A stretch of DNA of 64,000 nt from Candidatus Micrarchaeota archaeon. GTDB lineage: Archaea; Micrarchaeota; Micrarchaeia; Anstonellales; Bilamarchaeaceae. Made by a program: the position numbers and the translations under genes. Position 1 is the stretch's first letter. Each line of letters opens with the position of its first letter. Shown here piece after piece: positions 47,928 through 57,149 of the stretch. The notes under the pieces were generated by a model, which saw nothing but the letters and a program-made list of their open reading frames with translations, made no database searches and was not told the DNA's origin. Location: NCBI GenBank assembly GCA_018812625.1, contig JAHJDH010000010.1:918-64917 (forward strand). The letters run 5' to 3'.

Positions 47928-49626
47928 GCATGTAAAGACCAATCATAGTATTGAAATAATAGTTTTGAATCTTTTTCTTTTTTCTGTTTTTTGCTTGTTT
48001 TATTTTTGATTGGATCTTTGCAGTTTTTTTAAGTAGAATTTGTTTTTTCCTAGACGTTTGAAGCTCTTTCTTTATTTTGGTTTTAGAAATAATTTTCTTG
48101 GCAGATTTTACTTTGATTTTTGGAGCAGATTTTAGTTTTGTTTTTCCTAATTTCACAGATTTCTTTGGTAAAATCTTGGGTTTTAAGGAAGGTTTTATGG
48201 ATCCTGGTTTTTGTGTCTTTGAGGAATGTTTCTTTATTCTAGAGCTTGCAATTTTGGGTTTCTTTGTCGCTGGTTTGTGGATTTTGCATTTGGATTTTTT
48301 AGCCCTGAGTTTTTTCTTTTGATTAGTTATAGGTGATGACATTAGTCTTTTCGCGCTTTTAGCAGCCCTCGTTTTTATTGTTCTTTGCTGCTTTTTGGAA
48401 ACTTGCTGCTGCGTACTTTTTGGAGATTTGATTTTTGCCTGAGTAGATGATATGGGTTTTTGATTCGGCTGATTTGGAAGTTCTTTCTTGATTGGCTCTG
48501 GCAAAGGGCTTGCTGTTATAGGCAAAATTGTCTTTGGAATTTTTGGAATGATTAATGGAGCAGTAGGAGTTTTTAGTGAAGTGTGAACTTGTTGAATTTG
48601 AGGACTAGGTAGAGCAGGTGAATTGTTTTGAACACAATTAGAAATTTGATCAGGGGTGGTTTGAATCGATTCTTCTTTTTGCAAAGAAGGTTGTTGCTCT
48701 GAAAATTCACCGCATCCATCAAATGACGGATAATTGACCTTGATTGCACCGGTTACTTTTCCATCAAAGAGCTTGATATGAGAATATGGAATTCTGGAGT
48801 TAGAACCATCAAATGGGATATTCATGGTTCCAAGATCAGTTGGTATTGATAGGCCCACTTTAACTTGTTCAGCTATGACATTAGAAAGCAATTGAAATTG
48901 GGTTTGATAGGCAAATCCCTCTGCTGCGATATTTCCGGCAAATTCTGCTGCTGTTTTTATCTGACCGCTTTCGCGCCCAAGAATTAAGACGCTGCTATCT
49001 GGAAGCATGAGTTTTTCACTGCGGACCCCGCCATGTGACTGCTCAATTTCTTCTTTGGCAGACATGCTCAGTACAGTGCCATTTTTGTATAAGCCATCAA
49101 GGTCAGACAATGATCTTGGATCTACATTAAATTCAACTGCTGAAAGAGATAAATTCCGAATATTAGAATTAATTCTCAGCTCTTCTCCATTTGGAAAAAC
49201 AATTCCATTATCTTCAGCAGCAGCCATTGGAATTCCATCTTTTCCTACAAAGAAATGGATACCTCCTGTTGATGAGGATGCAGTAGATACGGCATCTCTT
49301 TTTACAGAAGCAGAATCATTAAAATCAGAAAAATCAGCTTCGGCAACTCTCTTTGGATCGTTCTTAACCAGAAGCTGATTGCCAACCTTAACAGCAACGA
49401 TTTCATAGGTTTTGAATTCAGGATAATATACTTTTGCAACTCCCCCACCATTTTCTTTTGCAACTTTTTCAATCAGCTGCTCGACACTGGCCCCTTCATG
49501 GATCAGGGTGCGGAAAGTTTGTCCATTTAGAGAAATGCTTGCCTGGACTAAAAGTGGCATTTTAGGCATTTGTCTTCTCTGAGACGTGGATAAATTTGGA
49601 CGTAATTGCAATCTAGAATCCGCCAT
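47866..49626 (-). CDS. Hypothetical protein: approximately 330-aa globular N-terminal region, Pro/Gln linker, and approximately 200-aa lysine-rich tail
   Basis: 586-aa intact ORF. The tail is KKKLRAKKSKCKIHKPATKKPKIASSRIKKHSSKTQKP..KIKVKSAKKIISKTKIKK... Its 3' end overlaps the M50 gene convergently by 62 nt. Confidence 0.6.
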   Translation of the reverse strand: MADSRLQLRPNLSTSQRRQMPKMPLLVQASISLNGQTFRTLIHEGASVEQLIEKVAKENGGGVAKVYYPEFKTYEIVAVKVGNQLLVKNDPKRVAEADFSDFNDSASVKRDAVSTASSSTGGIHFFVGKDGIPMAAAEDNGIVFPNGEELRINSNIRNLSLSAVEFNVDPRSLSDLDGLYKNGTVLSMSAKEEIEQSHGGVRSEKLMLPDSSVLILGRESGQIKTAAEFAGNIAAEGFAYQTQFQLLSNVIAEQVKVGLSIPTDLGTMNIPFDGSNSRIPYSHIKLFDGKVTGAIKVNYPSFDGCGEFSEQQPSLQKEESIQTTPDQISNCVQNNSPALPSPQIQQVHTSLKTPTAPLIIPKIPKTILPITASPLPEPIKKELPNQPNQKPISSTQAKIKSPKSTQQQVSKKQQRTIKTRAAKSAKRLMSSPITNQKKKLRAKKSKCKIHKPATKKPKIASSRIKKHSSKTQKPGSIKPSLKPKILPKKSVKLGKTKLKSAPKIKVKSAKKIISKTKIKKELQTSRKKQILLKKTAKIQSKIKQAKNRKKKKIQNYYFNTMIGLYMPKRGRTRAGSSVQRKSVPRT

Positions 49627-49658
49627 GGCTCTAGATAATGCACTGCAATTTTTTAAAC

Positions 49659-51530
49659 CTAGATGATAGGCCTCTTTGAAAGTGCTTTTGGAAGAGTGAG
49701 TTTTTCAAATGGTTTGTCTTTGTTCTCACTCTCAATCATCGAGGTTAATTCTTCGAGGCTAAGGTCCTTTTTCTCTCCAGTTGATCTTATAGTAACAGAA
49801 AGTTTTCCAGATTCGAGTTCTTTATCTCCTACAACTGCAATGAATGGGACCCATTCTTTTTGAGCATCTCGGATTTTCTTTCCAAGAGGCTCATCCCGAT
49901 CATCATAATCTACCCTAACCTCGCAAGAAGAAAGTTTTTCAATAAGTCCGCTAACATGATCCTTCTGAGCTTCTCCAACAGGAATAAGCCTAAGTTGAGT
50001 TGGGGAAAGCCAGACTGAAAACATTGCCTTTTTTCCTTTGGCCATTTTCATTGCTTCGGCCTCAAGAAGAGCATAGATAACTCTTTCAATACTTCCACTG
50101 ATTGAAGCGTGAAGGATAAGAGGACGTGTCTTTTCACCTTCAGAGTTTACATAGTTGATATCATACGTATCTGCATTTTCAACATCGATCTGAACAGTTG
50201 TCAGTGCACTTGCTTTGTCCATGCTGTCAATGAAATTGAACTCGAATTTGGTGATGAAATATGCATATCTTTCTTTGAATAGTTCAACTAGGATTGGTTT
50301 TCCGCCTCTCTTGACCATTGAGACATACCATTCTTTGTTCTCGTTGAAAAAGTCTTCCTGTATTCTGAATGCAACTTCAGTTTCAAGACCAAGAGCCGTA
50401 TTCCACTTAAGCCCCATATCATATTGAGCTTCAAATTCTGTTTGTGCCTGGCCCATATCAGCTGCAAGTGTATGCATATCAGGCATTGTAAATGCACGAA
50501 GTCTTTTGAGGCCAGTAAGTTCACCGCTTTTCTCTCTTCTGAAACTATATCTTGTGAGCTCAAACATTTTGAGCGGAAGATGTTTGTAGGAAGTTACCAT
50601 GTCATGAGAGATTAAAAATTGACCAAAGCATGCGGCAAATCTAAGGAAAAGTTTGCGATCTTCGCTCAAAACAACATATTGACGAGCTGGGAACCTATCG
50701 AGATATTTCTTAAGTGTTGGATGTTCAAAATCATACATTATTGGAGTTTCAACTTCCATAGCACCATCGTCAATGCACCAATCAGTGATCATACGCTCAA
50801 GTATTTTTTTCACCAGCCTACCGTTTGGCAAAATCCGGAAATTTCCGGGATCAGAACCAGGCTCATAATCAATGAGAGAATGCTCCTTCATCATTTTGAT
50901 ATGTGGAGGTTCCTTGGAGTATGCACGAACTTTTTTTGTTTCGTATTTTGCAAGCTTTTCAAGGCCAGAATATTTGCCAAAGTTAAATTTGTCAATTTCA
51001 TGCAACTGGCCATCAAGGTCTAGGATCATGAATCTGCTTTTGAGTGCATCTTCTTGTTTCAGACTCTTAGAAACTTCTTCAACTTCATTTGCACTTACAT
51101 CAACAGTCCCAGGACCGCAGAATTCTCGAGAAAGCTCAGATAAAGGATGTCCTTTGCATTTGAGTGTGTAACCTTTGTACCATCCAAAAGGAGAATGAGA
51201 AGTAGTATAGCCCATCTCTACCAGTTTTGCTTCTGATTTTGAGAGAACAGATTGTGCGACTCTTGGAGGAGATGGTTTTGAAGTTAGGTGGACAAGTGGA
51301 TAAAGAAGAATATTCTTTGTTTTTACTTGTTCTGCAATCTTTGCAACTTCATCAGATAATCTGGAAGCAGCAACATCAGTATCCTCATCACCAGCTTCAA
51401 CAGCAGTAAATACAACAAGCACTTCTTCGAATCGTTTTTTTCCTTTGTCACTTAGTTCTTCTGCATCCTTTACGGCTTTTTTCATTGGTTCTACTTCTAT
51501 AAAGTCAGAATGTACTGCGAGAATTCTCAT
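49659..51530 (-). CDS. thrS: Threonyl-tRNA synthetase, archaeal type with N-terminal archaeal editing domain
   Basis: 623 aa. MRILAVHSDFIEVEP is the archaeal DTD-like editing domain, followed by class II motifs (FRRE, GL.R.RAFTM.D.H) and an anticodon-binding domain. Confidence 0.95.
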   Translation of the reverse strand: MRILAVHSDFIEVEPMKKAVKDAEELSDKGKKRFEEVLVVFTAVEAGDEDTDVAASRLSDEVAKIAEQVKTKNILLYPLVHLTSKPSPPRVAQSVLSKSEAKLVEMGYTTSHSPFGWYKGYTLKCKGHPLSELSREFCGPGTVDVSANEVEEVSKSLKQEDALKSRFMILDLDGQLHEIDKFNFGKYSGLEKLAKYETKKVRAYSKEPPHIKMMKEHSLIDYEPGSDPGNFRILPNGRLVKKILERMITDWCIDDGAMEVETPIMYDFEHPTLKKYLDRFPARQYVVLSEDRKLFLRFAACFGQFLISHDMVTSYKHLPLKMFELTRYSFRREKSGELTGLKRLRAFTMPDMHTLAADMGQAQTEFEAQYDMGLKWNTALGLETEVAFRIQEDFFNENKEWYVSMVKRGGKPILVELFKERYAYFITKFEFNFIDSMDKASALTTVQIDVENADTYDINYVNSEGEKTRPLILHASISGSIERVIYALLEAEAMKMAKGKKAMFSVWLSPTQLRLIPVGEAQKDHVSGLIEKLSSCEVRVDYDDRDEPLGKKIRDAQKEWVPFIAVVGDKELESGKLSVTIRSTGEKKDLSLEELTSMIESENKDKPFEKLTLPKALSKRPII

Positions 51531-51644
51531 ATGAACCTACCTTTGTAACGATATTTGAGGTAATAGTATTAAAAGCGTGTATCGCGCGAGCACTAGAATA
51601 TCATCTGGGAATCATATTTAGTGGTGAAAGTAAAGTATGTAAAA

Positions 51645-52142
51645 TCAGCTTTTTATATAATCAAATACTTTGTGTTTTTTCTTGATCTTCACATACTTCT
51701 TTATGAATGTGAGGAAAACAACAGGCCTCTCAAAAATATACCTCATTTCCCTTTTTCTGAGGATAAAGCCCAAACGAAGAAGAAGCATTTGATCCTGGTA
51801 AGAAAGATTCCCAATGGAAACAATCCCCTTTTCATCAATAGTCCCAGTAGCATCAAATAGCCCAGCCAGATAATTTGCTGCATATTCATTGAGATACTTA
51901 AAGCGCTCAAGCTGTTCTTTTTCAATTTGTTGAAAGAATTTTCTATATGAAGAATGATAAAAGAAAACGCGGCCATGTTCAGTTAGTAGCTTATCTGTTG
52001 TAGTGAGTTCTTGGTTTAGAACTTCCATTGAAAAAACTTCAAGCAAGATGTCATCTCCACGAACACCTATTCCTTCAATAGTCTTGGTTTTTCTCCAAAG
52101 ACCAATGATATATGATAGTTCAGGAGTTAGTTTTATTTTCAT
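51645..52142 (-). CDS. Free-standing LAGLIDADG-fold protein with one intact and one degenerate motif
   Basis: 165 aa. The second motif YLAGLFDATGTID is canonical. The first, LSYIIGLWRKTKTIEG, lacks the acidic residue. It is not embedded in an intron or intein. Confidence 0.6.
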   Translation of the reverse strand: MKIKLTPELSYIIGLWRKTKTIEGIGVRGDDILLEVFSMEVLNQELTTTDKLLTEHGRVFFYHSSYRKFFQQIEKEQLERFKYLNEYAANYLAGLFDATGTIDEKGIVSIGNLSYQDQMLLLRLGFILRKREMRYIFERPVVFLTFIKKYVKIKKKHKVFDYIKS

Positions 52143-52169
52143 TTAAATCGCCCATATGAACAAAGCTGT

Positions 52170-52658
52170 TCATAGTCTTGCTTTTTTCTTTTTCTCTGTC
52201 TTTTTTGGTTCTGTGTTTAAATTTTCTTCAAACTTCACTGTTTTCTTTGTTGGAACGCCAATATCAACTCTTCGCGTACCATCTATGAATTCTTTTATTT
52301 CTTCGGCTAAAAGTTCATCCATTTGCAAAGAAAACCATCTAGTTGTTTTTGATGAGATATAAGCGCGATCAAATATTTCTGAGAGTTCGGACCGCTCTGA
52401 ATTAGTAAATGGTTCTTCGTCATTAGATATTTTATCCTCAGCATTTTTGAGCAAGTTTCCAAATCTCTCAACATCAGCATCACTGGAGCCGCCAGCTGTC
52501 AAGGCAGATAAGATTCCTTTTGCTAAAACAGTATTTCTTTTTCCTGTTCGAATTAACAGGTTATCTAATTTTTTTAAATCTGCAACAGCCAGACCACCTT
52601 TTTTGGCAGCATCAGTAACACGACGTGCAAATTTGAAAAAACCTCCTATGAAACGCAT
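52170..52658 (-). CDS. Hypothetical protein (162 aa)
   Basis: Intact ORF downstream of the LAGLIDADG gene's neighbourhood, with a Lys-rich C-terminus. No recognisable family. Confidence 0.45.
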   Translation of the reverse strand: MRFIGGFFKFARRVTDAAKKGGLAVADLKKLDNLLIRTGKRNTVLAKGILSALTAGGSSDADVERFGNLLKNAEDKISNDEEPFTNSERSELSEIFDRAYISSKTTRWFSLQMDELLAEEIKEFIDGTRRVDIGVPTKKTVKFEENLNTEPKKTEKKKKARL

Positions 52659-52737
52659 GAATATCTATCGGGATAACTCGCAGAATATTAATAAATTAAT
52701 GCTAAAAAACAAGTCATTTAAAGCTGAATCAACAAAG

Positions 52738-53730
52738 ATGGATAATATGAAGTATAATGTAGACGTGGGAGAAGTTAGAAAGATTCAGACTAGTATTTGG
52801 GATCGTATCAAAACCACATTTGCGTTTAGAAAAGGATATGGAGAAGCAGTTCCCATATTTGGCCACTATGGTGGAATTTTCAAATGCGGGGAAGAACAAT
52901 TAGTTATCCACACGGATGGAGTTGGAACAAAATTACTTGTTGCCCAGGCTGTTGGAAAATACAATACAGTTGGTATTGATGCAATTGCCATGTCAGTTAA
53001 TGACATCCTTTGTGTTGGTGCAGAACCACTTGTCGGAGTAGATTATATTGCACTTGCCAAAGAGGACAATGCATTAGTTGAGCAGATAATGGATGGCCTT
53101 GTTAAGGGGGCTGAGGAAAGTAGCTGTACAATTCTTGGTGGGGAAACAGCAATTGTTCCAGACTTATTGAAAGGAAATGCATTTGATTTAACATTCACGG
53201 TTGTTGGAAGAGTAAAAAAACTTATTCTTGGTGATGAGATTGCCAAGGGAGATGTAATAGTGGGTTTGGAAAGCTCGGGACTCCATTCAAATGGATACAC
53301 ACTTGCCAGAACTGCTCTTGATATGAAAGACTGGGGAGAGGAAATGCTTGTTCCAACAAAAATATACGCAAATCCTCTGCTTGAGGTCATTGATGCTTGT
53401 GATGTTCATGGAATTGCACATATCACAGGCGGATCATTTTCAAAATTAACGAGATTGAATAAAAAAGTTGGCTACAAACTGGACAGTCTGCCAGAGCCAA
53501 AACCGATTTTCAAGGAACTTGCAAAAACAGTCAAGAGTGATCTGATAATGCATAGAACATTCAACATGGGTGTCGGTATGGCAATAATTCTTCCAGAGGA
53601 TCGTGCAGACACAGTAATTAACATTGCAAACAAACACGGTGTTGATGCTGGAGTGATAGGCAGAATAACTGAAAAGAAAGGGGTCTGGATTACCAGCAGA
53701 AAAAAAGAGATCAACCTTGCATTTGAGTGA
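52738..53730 (+). CDS. purM: Phosphoribosylformylglycinamidine cyclo-ligase (AIR synthase)
   Basis: 330 aa from the ATG at 52738. DGVGTK, AMSVNDI, ..GGETA and SSGLHSNGY motifs. The track's 97-aa upstream extension is antisense to the neighbouring gene. Confidence 0.9.
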   Translation: MDNMKYNVDVGEVRKIQTSIWDRIKTTFAFRKGYGEAVPIFGHYGGIFKCGEEQLVIHTDGVGTKLLVAQAVGKYNTVGIDAIAMSVNDILCVGAEPLVGVDYIALAKEDNALVEQIMDGLVKGAEESSCTILGGETAIVPDLLKGNAFDLTFTVVGRVKKLILGDEIAKGDVIVGLESSGLHSNGYTLARTALDMKDWGEEMLVPTKIYANPLLEVIDACDVHGIAHITGGSFSKLTRLNKKVGYKLDSLPEPKPIFKELAKTVKSDLIMHRTFNMGVGMAIILPEDRADTVINIANKHGVDAGVIGRITEKKGVWITSRKKEINLAFE

Positions 53731-53736
53731 TTGAAT

Positions 53737-54297
53737 ATGAAAACTATTTTAGGAATAATACTTGTAGCTTTATTGCTATTTGGATGTACTTCAGAAACAC
53801 AAAATGATAGTGCAGTAGATGATGTAAAAGAAACTGGAGACCAAAAAGAAATCGAACCAGTTGTTGAAGAGCAGAATGAAAAGGAATCGGTTCCTGGAAT
53901 TCTGGAGGTCCCCGATCAGAAAGATGTGATTGAACAAAAGGATGGAACTCCTGCAAAATCACAGGATGATTGCTCATCATTATCTCCTAACTGCGAATCT
54001 TGCGTAGCACAATCCGGATGCAACTGGTGCAAAACAACCAATGGATGTTATTATGAGGGAATAGTTCCGACAATAAGTTCTTGTGATCCTGGAGACTGGG
54101 CAGAAGAAGAGATAGAATGCCAAGGGCCAAAAGGCGGATCAACCTGCGATGAACAAACCAATTGCGCAGATTGCCTAAGTGGATCTGGATGCAAATGGTG
54201 TATCCAGGGATCTGTTTGCAAAGACGCTACTGCAAATGCAGACTGTTTTGGCGGATGGCTAGCTGAATCATTCCAGTGCAATTATGCATCAAGGTGA
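53737..54297 (+). CDS. Secreted lipoprotein-like protein with two PSI (plexin-semaphorin-integrin)-like cysteine-knot modules
   Basis: Signal peptide plus LLFGCTS lipobox, an acidic linker, then two copies of C-x5/6-C-x2-C-x5-C-x-W-C-x5-C-x8/11-C (CESCVAQSGCNWCKTTNGC and CADCLSGSGCKWCIQGSVC). Confidence 0.6.
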   Translation: MKTILGIILVALLLFGCTSETQNDSAVDDVKETGDQKEIEPVVEEQNEKESVPGILEVPDQKDVIEQKDGTPAKSQDDCSSLSPNCESCVAQSGCNWCKTTNGCYYEGIVPTISSCDPGDWAEEEIECQGPKGGSTCDEQTNCADCLSGSGCKWCIQGSVCKDATANADCFGGWLAESFQCNYASR

Positions 54298-54301
54298 AAA
54301 A

Positions 54302-54778
54302 ATGAAAGTTATACTTTTAGCCATATTATTGCTTCTTGCAGGATGTACAAGCACAGAACAAAGCGGAAATGAAAATACAGTTGTAGAAGAACAAAACACT
54401 GCATCCGATGACCAAAATACGCAGTCATTTGACATTGATTCGTGTCTTTCTGAATGCGATGGGCTCAAAGGAAGTATACTCAATATCTGCCAGGCAAGCT
54501 GCCACCAGGACAATGCAATAGCTCTTGAAAACCCAGAGAAATGCAAGGTGGTTGAAGATTTGATGAATTCGACAGCAGCACATGCGGTTTGTCTTGAAGA
54601 AGTGGCATTAAAAATTGGTGATGCTAGCCCCTGTGAAAATTTGGAAAACGAATTCGACAGAGATTTGTGCTACATAACAGTTGCAGAAGACCTTGGAGAT
54701 ATTTCAATCTGCGAAAAAGTATCATCAGATGGAAATGATCCGCTGGATAAACAAAGTTGTCTAAACAAACTCGGCTAA
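54302..54778 (+). CDS. Secreted Cys-rich lipoprotein-like protein
   Basis: MKVILLAILLLLAGCTS lipobox. Repeats of the C..x(6-9)..D.CY..VA....D...C type. Confidence 0.55.
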   Translation: MKVILLAILLLLAGCTSTEQSGNENTVVEEQNTASDDQNTQSFDIDSCLSECDGLKGSILNICQASCHQDNAIALENPEKCKVVEDLMNSTAAHAVCLEEVALKIGDASPCENLENEFDRDLCYITVAEDLGDISICEKVSSDGNDPLDKQSCLNKLG

Positions 54779-54798
54779 TAACTCGATATGGATAAAGA

Positions 54799-55431
54799 CT
54801 ATGCGTCAAGGTAAGCATCTTCAATTTCAGCAACTCCTCGAACACCATCCCAAGTTTTTTTCCATTTTTTTATTATTATCCTTTTTTTGAAGCATGGTGC
54901 ATTTGTGACAAATGTCTCACCTTCTCCACCTTCAAGAAACGGGTGGATGCCAGGAATTTTAGCATCCACAATTTTTTTGAAAGGCTCTGCAAGAAATTCT
55001 GGCCCAAGGCCTTCTGCAGAAACAGCAGTCACATAGATCTCAAACTTAGTCAGCATTTCATTGAGCAGTTCCTCTCCTTTGTGCCAAATAGGAGCATAAC
55101 TTTGAATCCCAAGCTGTTCTGCAATAGAATCAATGCGCTTTTTTTGATATTCGCTTGCAATAGCACCAGTAACAATTCCAGAAACATTTAGCTCTCGAAT
55201 TGTTTCTATGAGTTTTTCTCTCCAGTTTGATTCGGTAGTCTCTACAAAAATCTGTTCAAGTCCCATTGATTCTGCCTGTAATTTTGTAAGCTCAACATTA
55301 GGATGATGAAACATCATTGAGTATTCAGGAGGTCTTACTGTTACAAGAACTGGCTTGAAGCCTTTCTTTAATGCCCAAAATACCGAATAGACACTATCTT
55401 TGCCACCTGAAAAAAGAACTACAACTCGCAT
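54799..55431 (-). CDS. Dph6-related ATP pyrophosphatase (MJ0570 family, diphthine-ammonia ligase-like)
   Basis: MRVVVLFSGGKDS PP-loop (SGGKDS) and GAIASEYQK motifs of the MJ0570 family. Confidence 0.8.
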   Translation of the reverse strand: MRVVVLFSGGKDSVYSVFWALKKGFKPVLVTVRPPEYSMMFHHPNVELTKLQAESMGLEQIFVETTESNWREKLIETIRELNVSGIVTGAIASEYQKKRIDSIAEQLGIQSYAPIWHKGEELLNEMLTKFEIYVTAVSAEGLGPEFLAEPFKKIVDAKIPGIHPFLEGGEGETFVTNAPCFKKRIIIKKWKKTWDGVRGVAEIEDAYLDA

Positions 55432-55464
55432 AATATTATAAGATGAGGCAACAGTATAAAAAAC

Positions 55465-56220
55465 ATGATAAAGGCAGTAATATTTGATTTGGATGGCACA
55501 CTGTTTCTTGGAAAGACTGCAATTCCAGGAGCAGCAAAAAAACTTGAAGAACTTAGATCAAAAGGAATAAAAATGATTTTTCTAACAAACGCTGCAACAA
55601 GAAGCAGAGAGAATTTACTTGAAAAGATACTTTCGATGGGGCTTTCTGCGCAAAAAGACGAGGTTTATTGCAGTTCATATTTTCTAGCAAAATACATAAG
55701 TGAATTTCACAAAGGAAAAACAGTATATATAGTCGGAGAACAGGGAATTAATGATGAGCTTGGGGAACATGGGATTAGGGTAGTGGATGAAAAGGCAGAT
55801 ATAGTAACTGTGGGTCTTGACAGGGGCTTTACATATGAAAAACTTGCAAATGCATTAAAGCAACTGCAAAATGGGGCAATACTTTTATCATCAAACAAAG
55901 ATACAACATACCCGACAGAACACGGAGTTATGCCAGGAGCAGGATCCATTGTTGCTGCTGTTGAGGCAGCATCAGGAAAAGAAGCTATTTCATTAGGAAA
56001 GCCAAACACGTATGCTCTTGAGCAAATCATATTGGATCATGGACTTGAAATTGATGAGGTTATCATGGTTGGTGATAGACTTGATACGGACATCACATTT
56101 GCAAAAAAGTGCGGAATAAAATCAGTCCTCCTGCTAACTGGTGTAAGTAAAAAAGAGGATATAAAAGAAATAAAACCAGATTATATTTTTGATTCAATTG
56201 CTGAATTTAATCTTCCATAA
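55465..56220 (+). CDS. HAD-IIA subfamily phosphatase (NagD-like)
   Basis: VIFDLDGTL, FLTNA.TRSR, GKP and MVGDRLDTDI motifs. Confidence 0.85.
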   Translation: MIKAVIFDLDGTLFLGKTAIPGAAKKLEELRSKGIKMIFLTNAATRSRENLLEKILSMGLSAQKDEVYCSSYFLAKYISEFHKGKTVYIVGEQGINDELGEHGIRVVDEKADIVTVGLDRGFTYEKLANALKQLQNGAILLSSNKDTTYPTEHGVMPGAGSIVAAVEAASGKEAISLGKPNTYALEQIILDHGLEIDEVIMVGDRLDTDITFAKKCGIKSVLLLTGVSKKEDIKEIKPDYIFDSIAEFNLP

Positions 56221-56494
56221 TATCCTTTAGCGTATCGCTTGGAGTATCTGAATAAAATAGAGTATCGTCAAGATTTGGAGTAGAAGATGAAGAATCATCA
56301 GATGGAAGCTCGCTTTGGGGATGTTCTGGTAAAACATCTTTTTCAATAACACTATAATTTACCTGCATTGCACTTCCGCATTTGATGCATTTGCCCATAA
56401 CAGAAAGCTCGCGAAGCTCAAGTTCACTATTGATGTAGATAGTTACTTCATTGCTACAGTTGGAGCATTTTATACTTCTTCTTAGGTCGGTCAT
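56207..56494 (-). CDS. Small zinc-ribbon protein with an acidic C-terminus
   Basis: 95 aa. The CSNCS ... CIKCGS pair of CxxC knuckles. Confidence 0.5.
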   Translation of the reverse strand: MTDLRRSIKCSNCSNEVTIYINSELELRELSVMGKCIKCGSAMQVNYSVIEKDVLPEHPQSELPSDDSSSSTPNLDDTLFYSDTPSDTLKDIMED

Positions 56495-56522
56495 ACTGGA
56501 TTCACCAGAACTATTTCAAGCA

Positions 56523-57071
56523 TTACATTATTATCCTTTTCTCTGTTATGATCTCGTCCATACGCTCATCATTCTCGTGTTTTGGAAGTTCTTCCATTAC
56601 TTGGAATTCAAAGCAGATGCCGATCCTATATGTCTGAGAATTTTTGAGGTAATGATCAAAACAGCCCTTACCGTATCCGATCCTATGCATGCAATGGCCA
56701 AAGCATACCCCAGGAATAATGATAATATCTGGCTCCCTTGATGGAAGAATTTTTGTCTTTGGCTCAAGAATCTCATATTTGCCTACAACCAAATCTTCAA
56801 ATGAGGAAAATTTGTAGAATTCGATATGACCATTTGTCACTGGAACCAAAACCTCTTTCCCCATTTTCAAGGATTCTAAGATAATTTTTTTGGTTGATAC
56901 CTCACTTCCTTTAGGAAGATAAACGGCGATGGTAGACGCTTCCTTGAATTTCGGATGATGGAAAAGTTTTTCTACAATGGCATTGCTCTTTGTATTGATT
57001 TCGTCTTCAGTGAGATTGTTCCTAAGTTCCAGCATTTTTTTCCGAAGTGCTGCCTTGGCCCTACTTACCAT
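56523..57071 (-). CDS. 5-formyltetrahydrofolate cyclo-ligase
   Basis: 182 aa from the ATG at 57071. K..LR...L..R..L, PGV.F....RIGYGKG.FD..L motifs. The upstream 62 codons of the track ORF look non-coding. Confidence 0.8.
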   Translation of the reverse strand: MVSRAKAALRKKMLELRNNLTEDEINTKSNAIVEKLFHHPKFKEASTIAVYLPKGSEVSTKKIILESLKMGKEVLVPVTNGHIEFYKFSSFEDLVVGKYEILEPKTKILPSREPDIIIIPGVCFGHCMHRIGYGKGCFDHYLKNSQTYRIGICFEFQVMEELPKHENDERMDEIITEKRIIM

Positions 57072-57149
57072 ATAGTAAAATGCGCTCTCTATCATTAAAA
57101 ACTTTGAGAAAGGAAGAAAAACACTTGAAAATATTTGAGAGCTGATAGA

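Noticed and set aside
47940-48420. A T-rich, quasi-periodic tract that might be a tandem repeat or CRISPR-like array (also at 40430-40560).
   Set aside because: There are no exact repeat units or spacers. It is the reverse complement of Lys (AAA/AAG) codon runs within intact ORFs.
52447-52737. The 97-codon N-terminal extension of purM in the track. Similar extensions occur on MTHFS (57072-57257), nitroreductase (42307-42405), dnaJ (38388-38432) and the HsdS ORF (26973-27110).
   Set aside because: The extensions are non-homologous, often antisense to a neighbouring gene, and precede an ATG that gives the family-typical N-terminus and length.
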